A model generated the notes under the pieces. It made no database searches. It saw only the letters and a program-made list of their open reading frames with translations, and was not told where the DNA came from. A stretch of 53,172 nucleotides of DNA from Chloroflexota bacterium (lineage in GTDB: Bacteria; Chloroflexota; Dehalococcoidia; SZUA-161): NCBI GenBank assembly GCA_021787935.1, contig JAJYLC010000004.1, forward strand, positions 1 through 53,172, read 5' to 3'. Within the stretch, counting starts at the first letter, position 1, and each line of letters opens with the position of its first letter. Shown piece after piece: positions 46,450-53,172 of the stretch. The translations under genes were made by a program, and so were the position numbers.

Positions 46450-46630
46450 TTACGGGCCACAAACTGAAGTATTATGTGGGCCTAGCTGGGTCAGCAGGCA
46501 AATAACGACACGCTACAGTGCGTAGCAGCACACATATTTCTCCAGTTCGTCGCCTGCAGATTTGCCGGGAACAGCGTTATTAAGCTTGATACATCGTCTT
46601 TGGCTGAGTCGGATAGATTGAAGCTAGAGA

Positions 46631-48079
46631 TTGGATGGTATTAAAAAGATAGATAACGTGATCCCACAAGAACAAACTGCAAGAGACCATACACCCGAGG
46701 CGAGAGCCTTGCTGTTTCGTCTCAGGGTGTATGTTAACATGAGGTGGCTCGTTGTTCTCGGGATCATCGGCTGTACCCTGGTTGCCTCACAGGTATTCCA
46801 CATCGGCTTCCCCACCCTCCCGGTATACATTATTTGTGCTGTTATCGTTTTGTATAATCTTCTGCTATTTCGCTGGACGCGGAGTCTGCAAAACGAAGAA
46901 GCCGGACTGGTCGTTAAGAAGGCCGAGACTCAAGGGGATATCCAAATCCTTCTCGACCTGGTAACGCTCACCGTACTGCTGCATTACACCGGCGGCATAG
47001 AAAATCCATTCATATTCTTCTATCTGGCCCATACTATTGCTGCAAGCATAGTACTCCCCAAGAGGCAGGCATATATATTAGCCACTTTGGCTATATTTAT
47101 GATCACGCTGGTGGTTTCCCTGGAGTACGCCGACGTAATACCTCATGTTAACCTGCAGGGATTTGCAACTCCTGATCGCTACAAGCAATTCAGCCGTGTG
47201 GTAGGTGTGCTATTTGCGGTCGCAACGCTATCCTACGGGTGTACATATGTGGTCACCGCCGTTGCGGGAGAACTGAGGAGAAGGCAGCGAGAAATGGTGC
47301 GACTAAGAGACCAGCTTATCGAGAAAAGAACCGAGGAGTTAGAACTGGCATCCAATGAGATAGCCAAACTGGAGGATGAAAGGAACCGCTTCGCCAGGTT
47401 TCTCGGCGTAGTCGCTCATGACCTCCAATCTCCTCTCGTCGCTACACAGAGTTTAATATCCTACATACTGGATGGATATACGGGACAGATTACCGAGGGA
47501 CAAAAAGATTTGCTGGACAGGGGCGTTCGCAGAATCGACAGTCTCCTGACATTGATCACCGACCTTCTGGATATCCCCCGCATAGAGACTGGTCAGATAA
47601 AGCGAGAAATGCGGGAAATCTCCTTGAATGAAGTGGTCAAACGTTCCCTGGAAGGACTCGATAGCCTGGCAGAGCAAAAAGGATTAACTTTAAAAGTGGA
47701 GCTGCCCGCAGTTGAGCCCAGGGTAAATGGAGCTAGCCGCAGGCTACAGCAAGTCATGACCAATCTGGTAAGTAATGCTATCAATTACACCAACGAGGGT
47801 ACGGTGCTGGTCAAGGTCGCTGACGGCGACAATGAAGCACGTGTTGAGGTTATAGACAGCGGCATAGGCATCTTGCCCGAGGACTTGCCCCGGTTGTTCA
47901 ATGACTTCTTCCGCGGCAGCAATGTAGGCAGCAAAGGAACCGGATTAGGTCTGTCTATATCCAAAAGGATAGTCGAGGCACATGGTGGTAAAATATGGGC
48001 TGAAAGCCCTGCCCCTGAAACCAAGAAAGGAAGTAAGTTCAGCTTCACTATTCCAAAGAAGCCAGCGGCTGCACATTAG
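46631..48079 (+). CDS. Membrane-bound sensor histidine kinase
   Basis: Multiple N-terminal TM helices, VAHDLQSPL, NLVSNAINY, DSGIGI, GTGLGL; start uncertain. Confidence 0.9.
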   Translation: MDGIKKIDNVIPQEQTARDHTPEARALLFRLRVYVNMRWLVVLGIIGCTLVASQVFHIGFPTLPVYIICAVIVLYNLLLFRWTRSLQNEEAGLVVKKAETQGDIQILLDLVTLTVLLHYTGGIENPFIFFYLAHTIAASIVLPKRQAYILATLAIFMITLVVSLEYADVIPHVNLQGFATPDRYKQFSRVVGVLFAVATLSYGCTYVVTAVAGELRRRQREMVRLRDQLIEKRTEELELASNEIAKLEDERNRFARFLGVVAHDLQSPLVATQSLISYILDGYTGQITEGQKDLLDRGVRRIDSLLTLITDLLDIPRIETGQIKREMREISLNEVVKRSLEGLDSLAEQKGLTLKVELPAVEPRVNGASRRLQQVMTNLVSNAINYTNEGTVLVKVADGDNEARVEVIDSGIGILPEDLPRLFNDFFRGSNVGSKGTGLGLSISKRIVEAHGGKIWAESPAPETKKGSKFSFTIPKKPAAAH

Positions 48080-48141
48080 GAGAAGCGGAAATAGACCCGA
48101 ATCGGGTTGTAACTAAATAAACAGATAAGGAGGGAATCGCC

Positions 48142-48519
48142 ATGAAACGTAAACCAAAGATCCTGGTTGTTGACGATGATGTCGATCTTGTAGCAGTAAT
48201 GAAAGGCACCCTGGAAGGCAAGCCTTATGAAGTAGTAGTAGCCTATAATGGAAAAGAGGGATTGGAGAAGGCTAAAAAAGAGAAACCCGATTTAATTATC
48301 CTGGACATAATGATGCCGGTAATGGATGGTTTCAACTTTGCTGAGCAATTCAGTAAAGACGCATCGCTGGTAAAAATCCCGGTCCTGGCACTCACGAGTT
48401 TCTCGGACTCACTAGGGCAGCCGTTTCCCTTCCAGGTTTCCGAGTATATTCGAAAACCCTTGAAGCCTAAAGAGCTAATCGCTAAGGTCGAGGAACACCT
48501 GAAAAGGAAGGGCCTTTAG
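48142..48519 (+). CDS. Single-domain response regulator (receiver)
   Basis: ILVVDDD, LDIMMP..DG, YIRKP. Confidence 0.92.
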   Translation: MKRKPKILVVDDDVDLVAVMKGTLEGKPYEVVVAYNGKEGLEKAKKEKPDLIILDIMMPVMDGFNFAEQFSKDASLVKIPVLALTSFSDSLGQPFPFQVSEYIRKPLKPKELIAKVEEHLKRKGL

Positions 48520-48537
48520 GTCTTATATGAACGTGGC

Positions 48538-49272
48538 TTAACGCATCTCGCCGAACTCGTATAATGTGACGGCGGCTGTTACTAGACCTGCGGTCTCTGC
48601 CCGCAGTATGCGGGGGCCCAGGCTTACAGGCTCGACCCCGCTACTCTGAGCGACTCCTATCTCGTGAGGAGAGAAACCGCCCTCAGGGCCGATAAAGATG
48701 CTGAATTGGGGGATTTTCTCCGTTTGATGATGGACCCGGAGGACATCGCTAATTCCTTGTGCCTTTTCCACCTCCCAGGGAAGCAATGAAACTCCGCTTG
48801 CAGACCTGCACGCCTCAGTGAAACTAATAGGCTTATGTAGAGTTGGAAGCTTTCCGCGCCTGGATTGTTCCGCAGCTTCGACGATGATGCTCCTCCAGCG
48901 GCTGAGCCGCCTGCCATCCGGTTCGCCCGCTACACACCGTTCGCAGATTACCGGTACAAAGCCAGCAACGCCGATTTCCGTACACTTCTGAAGAACAAAC
49001 TCGAAATTGTTCCCCTTGAGCAACGCCTGATACAGGGTGATCTTCGTGCGGGGTTCAGCAACAGCCAGCGATTTACGGATTACCCTCCCTGCAACTTTGC
49101 TGCTGTCCACTTTTTGCAGTTCGACCTCATATTCCCAGCCACTATTATCGAGAACAATAATATTGTCACCGGCTCCCAAGCGGAGTACATGGCGCAGTCG
49201 GTGAACCAGCCTGCCGGTAATAGTTACTGTGCCATCGGCAAGCCAATCTTCGGGCAGGAAAAAACGATGCAT
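48538..49272 (-). CDS. rsmE: 16S rRNA m3U1498 methyltransferase
   Basis: MHRFF, HVLRL, QKCTEIG, EAAEQS.R, IGPEGGF, LGPRILRAETA. Confidence 0.95.
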   Translation of the reverse strand: MHRFFLPEDWLADGTVTITGRLVHRLRHVLRLGAGDNIIVLDNSGWEYEVELQKVDSSKVAGRVIRKSLAVAEPRTKITLYQALLKGNNFEFVLQKCTEIGVAGFVPVICERCVAGEPDGRRLSRWRSIIVEAAEQSRRGKLPTLHKPISFTEACRSASGVSLLPWEVEKAQGISDVLRVHHQTEKIPQFSIFIGPEGGFSPHEIGVAQSSGVEPVSLGPRILRAETAGLVTAAVTLYEFGEMR

Positions 49273-49280
49273 CTTCGATT

Positions 49281-49307
49281 AAAAAACCCTGGCTCTTCAG
49301 GCCAGGG
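49281..49307 (-). terminator. Intrinsic terminator between dnaJ and rsmE
   Basis: Minus strand CCCTGGC-CTGAAGA-GCCAGGG-TTTTTT. Confidence 0.7.
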
Positions 49308-49354
49308 CACTTTAGGTATCAACAGGGCTGGATAGGAACGCTCGTTTCACCATG

Positions 49355-50473
49355 TCATGATCCGCTTCCGAATGTATCCTTAATTTTCTCAAAGAAGCTC
49401 TTGTCCTCTTTAGGCAGTGCGGCCTTGCCCAAGGTTTTCGCCAGCTCTTTGAAAAGCTTCTTCTGCGTTTCATCCAGGGACGTGGGGGTAACTATCGAGA
49501 GTTTCACCAATTGGTCGCCGCGCCCGGTGTGGCGCAAATGGGGAACACCCTTCTCTTTGATACGGAAAACCCTGCCAGTTTGGCTGCCTGCGGGTATTTT
49601 CAGGGAGACATCGCCGTCAACAGTTGGAATTTGCAACTCGTCGCCGAGAGCCGCCTGAGCGAAGTTTATCGGCAGTTCGTACAGAATGTTATCGCCTTCC
49701 CGTTGAAAGAACTTGTGTTTTTGTACCGATAGTGACACATAGAGATTGCCGGGCGAACCGCCCTGTTTCCCGGAATCCCCCTCGCCGCTCAACCGAATCT
49801 GCGTTCCTTCATCGACACCCGGCGGTATCTTGACCATGATCTTGCGCTCGAACCTCTCCCTGCCCTGGCCATTGCAGCGGGAGCAAGGTTTGGTGATGAT
49901 TCTGCCTTCACCGTGACAGCGACTGCACGTGGTTACGTTGATGAACTGGCCGAATATGCTGCGTTGAGTCCGGCGCACCTCTCCTGTTCCATTGCAGGTA
50001 GGGCATTTAGCAGGCTGACTCCCCGGCTCGCTTCTGCTTCCTTTACAGACTGAGCACACTTCGGTGCGCACAATCTCTAGCTCCTTCTCAGTGCCGAATA
50101 TAGCCTCCTCGAAGGTGATAGCTAGGTGATAGCTCAGGTCAGCGCCCTGCTGGGGGCCTGCATGCCTGGTCGCACCACCGAAAAAGGCATCGAAAATATC
50201 GCCAAAGCCGCCAAAGTCGAAGCCCTCGAAGCCCCGGCTGCCAAACCCCTGAGCCCCGGCGTGGCCAAAGCGGTCATAAGCGGCACGTTTCTGCGAATCA
50301 CTGAGGATATCGTAGGCTTCCTTGACCTCCTTGAATTTCTCTTCGGCCCCGTCGTCCTTATTGCGGTCGGGATGGTATTGAAAGGCCAATTTCCGGAAAG
50401 CCTTCTTAATTTCCTCATCGGAGGCATTTCTATCGACGCCGAGAACATCGTAGTAATCGCGTTTGCTGGCCAT
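49355..50473 (-). CDS. dnaJ: Chaperone DnaJ
   Basis: J-domain HPD, G/F region, four CxxCxGxG-type repeats. Confidence 0.97.
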   Translation of the reverse strand: MASKRDYYDVLGVDRNASDEEIKKAFRKLAFQYHPDRNKDDGAEEKFKEVKEAYDILSDSQKRAAYDRFGHAGAQGFGSRGFEGFDFGGFGDIFDAFFGGATRHAGPQQGADLSYHLAITFEEAIFGTEKELEIVRTEVCSVCKGSRSEPGSQPAKCPTCNGTGEVRRTQRSIFGQFINVTTCSRCHGEGRIITKPCSRCNGQGRERFERKIMVKIPPGVDEGTQIRLSGEGDSGKQGGSPGNLYVSLSVQKHKFFQREGDNILYELPINFAQAALGDELQIPTVDGDVSLKIPAGSQTGRVFRIKEKGVPHLRHTGRGDQLVKLSIVTPTSLDETQKKLFKELAKTLGKAALPKEDKSFFEKIKDTFGSGS

Positions 50474-50630
50474 AAGCTTTAATCCTAATTCTTGCTAATC
50501 TAATATTATAGACCACACATATCCTCTGTACAAGTTTATGGCCGTCGGTTTTGGAAGTCTTCATTCTCCTGATATACCCAGTCTAGGCCAGTTTGACTCA
50601 CTGGCACGCAAAGGATAGAATTTTATCAGT

Positions 50631-51179
50631 ATGATTGGTGATGAGCTGATTCTAACCGGACAAAAGGTGGTGTTGCGAGAGAAACGTCTCAGTGACACTG
50701 CTAACGACTACGCGTGGAGAACAGACCCTGAGTTGGCCCGCTACGATGCAGCACTTCCCCTGAAGCTGTCTCTTCGGGAGTTCACGCTTTACTACACGGA
50801 GCAAATGCGAGCCTTCAAGGAAGACCGGCGCTGGTTTGCCATAGATACCCTTGACGGCAAGCACATCGGGAACTGCATGTACTACGATGTGGATAGGATA
50901 CGGAGGCAGGCCAAGATGGGTATCATAATCGGCGACCGGGACTACTGGGGCAAGGGCTATGGTACCGATGCTGTAATGACGCTGGTCTCCCATATTTTTC
51001 ACGACCTGAATTTGGAGAGGGTTTACTTGGATACCCTGGACTGGAATGCCAGAGCCCAGAGATGTTTTCATAAGTGTGGCTTTGTAGTCAACGGGCATGT
51101 CAACGACAAGGGACACAACTTTATAATTATGGAGCTATATAGAAGCTGGCTGCAGCCGTCCCAGGTGGACGATGTCTGA
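50631..51179 (+). CDS. GNAT acetyltransferase (RimJ/RimL family)
   Basis: HIGNC, GIIIG..YWGKGYG, N.RA.RCF.KCGF. Confidence 0.9.
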   Translation: MIGDELILTGQKVVLREKRLSDTANDYAWRTDPELARYDAALPLKLSLREFTLYYTEQMRAFKEDRRWFAIDTLDGKHIGNCMYYDVDRIRRQAKMGIIIGDRDYWGKGYGTDAVMTLVSHIFHDLNLERVYLDTLDWNARAQRCFHKCGFVVNGHVNDKGHNFIIMELYRSWLQPSQVDDV

Positions 51180-51226
51180 TACGTCCGCTGCACCCTTAGT
51201 TCTTGACTATCCGCTTTAATGAGGAC

Positions 51227-51349
51227 GTTTAGAAACACGATTACCATTCCGTGCTTGACACGGAATCCAGAAAACCCAGTTTCAAAATTACGATGAAGGT
51301 ATCTGGATACCGACTTTCGTCGGTATGGTAGACTCATTGCTAAACGACC
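51227..51349. mobile_element. ~120-bp MITE/REP-like palindromic element, copy 2
   Basis: Same orientation and near-identical to 28102-28224. Confidence 0.8.
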
Positions 51350-51362
51350 GCCTTCATGCTAC

Positions 51363-51392
51363 TTGACGCAGTGGATGATTGCAGGGTATACT
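51363..51392 (+). promoter_or_regulatory. Putative dnaN promoter
   Basis: TTGACG-18 bp-TATACT. Confidence 0.6.
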
Positions 51393-51426
51393 ACTCCCAC
51401 TATTCACTCAGAATGGGTGGTGAACG

Positions 51427-52554
51427 ATGAAAGTTTCATGTTCTCAAGAGGACTTAAGTAAAGGGTTGGCGATAGTGGGCAGGGCGGTGGCAACCAGGGC
51501 TGTTATGCCCATAACCAACAATGTTCTGATAGCCACAGAGGGCTCTCAACTCAAGCTGGCTGCGACTAATCTCGAGATTGCCATAAGTTGCTGGATACCA
51601 GCCACTATCGAAAAGGAGGGCACAGTTACCATTCCAGCGAGGCTGGTCACTGATTTCGTCAATTCTCTCCCCAGCGGCCGGATAGACATGTCCCTTTCTC
51701 CTCGCAGCAAGAGCGTGGAGCTGAGGTGTGCCCGTCACGAGGCGCATATCAGCGGACTGGACCCCGCTGATTTCCCGGCTATCCCCAAAATCACCGATGG
51801 GTTGAATGTCAAGATTAAGCCCGGCGACCTGAGAATGGCGATCAACCAGGTGGTGTTTGCCGCAGCATCCGAAGAGTCACGCCCCGTCCTCACCGGTGTC
51901 CATGCCGAATTTGAAGGGGAGCAGCTTACTCTGGCGGCTGCCGATGGTTTCCGGCTGGCTGTACACAAGGTAACGCTGGCTAAGGGTGTGGATACCAGGA
52001 CAGCCATCATTATTCCTGCGCGCTCCCTTAACGAGCTAACCCGTCTCATCAGCGAACAGGAAGAGCCCGTAGAGCTTACCGTCAATTCGCAAAAAAGCCA
52101 GGTGCTGTTCCGTATGAAAAATGTGGAGATGGTGTCCCAGTTGATACAGGGCACTTTCCCAAACTATTCCCAGCTTATACCCAAGAGCTACACTACCAGG
52201 GCTATACTCAATCTCTCAGAGTTCCTCAGAGCGACCAAAAGCGCCTCTATCTTCGCCAGGGACGGCAGCGGCATAGTTCGGCTCCAGATAATGCCCAGGG
52301 ATGGCAAGGGAAAGATAGCCATCTCAGCGCGTGCCGAAGAGATCGGCGATAATCTGGGCGAGGTCGATGCCACTGTCGAGGGAGAGGAAGCCAAGATCGC
52401 CTTCAATAGCAAATACCTGATGGACGTTCTGGGTGTTCTCAACAAAGACCAGGTAGCTCTGGAGACCACAACCTCCTCCAGCCCGGGTGTTATCCGCCCG
52501 GTTACCGACGAAAGCTACGTCCACGTAGTTATGCCGATGTTCGTTCAGTGGTAG
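51427..52554 (+). CDS. dnaN: DNA polymerase III beta sliding clamp
   Basis: ATNLE, SRPVLTG, ADGFRL, GTFPNY, IAFNSKYL, C-terminal VMPM. Confidence 0.97.
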   Translation: MKVSCSQEDLSKGLAIVGRAVATRAVMPITNNVLIATEGSQLKLAATNLEIAISCWIPATIEKEGTVTIPARLVTDFVNSLPSGRIDMSLSPRSKSVELRCARHEAHISGLDPADFPAIPKITDGLNVKIKPGDLRMAINQVVFAAASEESRPVLTGVHAEFEGEQLTLAAADGFRLAVHKVTLAKGVDTRTAIIIPARSLNELTRLISEQEEPVELTVNSQKSQVLFRMKNVEMVSQLIQGTFPNYSQLIPKSYTTRAILNLSEFLRATKSASIFARDGSGIVRLQIMPRDGKGKIAISARAEEIGDNLGEVDATVEGEEAKIAFNSKYLMDVLGVLNKDQVALETTTSSSPGVIRPVTDESYVHVVMPMFVQW

Positions 52555-53172
52555 GTAAAGCTAGAGGTATCACGCCCTGAATCTCTACCCTCTCGGCGCT
52601 CGCGTAGACCTTGATGTCCAAGGCGTCTAGGGCAAGCCGTTTCGTCTCCGGCGTAGCGTTTTTCAGGTTATCCAGCACGCTCTCATACAGTTGGCCTAAC
52701 TTGATTTTGGCTTCTGCTAAATTGGTGATATTGTCCCTGGTATTCTCCAGGTCAGTCAGTTTGGCCTCATCATCTCGGCGCAGGCGCTTGAGGTTATTGA
52801 GACGGTCTAGGACTTCATCTTGACCGAACTCTCCCAGTTCCAGGGCCTGAAGTAAGTTGGCTCTGCGCTGCTCGTAGTTCTTCAAGTTCTTCTTTAGTGT
52901 CTTAATCTCAATCTGTATGGCCTCCAGGTTGCCTACATCGCTCGCTTCCGCAAGCTGGCGCAATACCAGTTCAGGATTGGAAAGTACCGCTTCTGTTTTA
53001 GCCCATACCATCTCCTCCAGGTCATCTGCTCGTATGTATCGCGCCGAGCACATCTTACCGTGGTTCTCGTAGGGCCTGGCACTATTGCACTGGTAATAAC
53101 GATACTTCTTATTGAGCACATGACCGACAAGTGGCTTACCACAGACGGCACAGTACGCGTGATTTCTCAGCA
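52529..53172 (-). CDS. Large serine recombinase/integrase, C-terminal part (5' end beyond window)
   Basis: Frame open to the window edge: LRNHAYCAVCGKPLVGH..KYRYYQC..C zinc ribbon, LE..VW, coiled coil, KR.AL..L.IKV. Confidence 0.85.
   Translation of the reverse strand, partial: LRNHAYCAVCGKPLVGHVLNKKYRYYQCNSARPYENHGKMCSARYIRADDLEEMVWAKTEAVLSNPELVLRQLAEASDVGNLEAIQIEIKTLKKNLKNYEQRRANLLQALELGEFGQDEVLDRLNNLKRLRRDDEAKLTDLENTRDNITNLAEAKIKLGQLYESVLDNLKNATPETKRLALDALDIKVYASAERVEIQGVIPLALPTTERTSA

Noticed and set aside
51180-51426. oriC near dnaN
   Set aside because: No dnaA and no cluster of TTATCCACA boxes upstream of dnaN.
1-53172. tRNA, rRNA or CRISPR array
   Set aside because: No cloverleaf/T-loop signatures, rRNA-like blocks or regularly spaced repeat-spacer units seen by eye; the palindromes are dispersed, not arrayed.

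Overview
Chromosomal segment of an anaerobic bacterium, most likely Chloroflexota/Dehalococcoidia (inferred from protein style, e.g. the DnaN C-terminus VMPMFVQW, and a GAAC-N4-GTTC-type LexA box). Housekeeping genes (pyrR with a complete attenuator, nnr, acpS, tatC, yhhQ, corA, trxB/trxA, plsX, yraN, pcrA, speE/speD, rsmE, dnaJ, dnaN) are interleaved with: acyl-CoA catabolic genes (a BbsEF-like CoA-transferase pair, two heteromeric acyl-CoA dehydrogenase pairs, an orphan glycyl-radical activase); two unusual flavoprotein/Fe-S redox modules, one an Mvh-type [NiFe]-hydrogenase coupled to a GltD/NfnB-HdrA chimeric flavoprotein; two-component systems; several families of REP/MITE-like palindromes; and, at the right edge, a large serine recombinase whose 3' end overlaps the 3' end of dnaN. 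The most striking feature is a stand-alone four-gene phage DNA-packaging cassette (31.8-35.5 kb: TerS-like, TerL, Cys4-HTH regulator, portal). Its promoter carries a LexA-like box, the window shows no integrase, capsid, tail or lysis genes near it, and host REP elements sit inside and around it. It is a candidate domesticated, SOS-controlled gene-transfer-agent-like system. Several probable pseudo-enzymes (SpeD lacking the ESH cleavage site, PAP2 lacking catalytic histidines) and gene remnants are also visible. All calls come from motif recognition only; no database searches were run.
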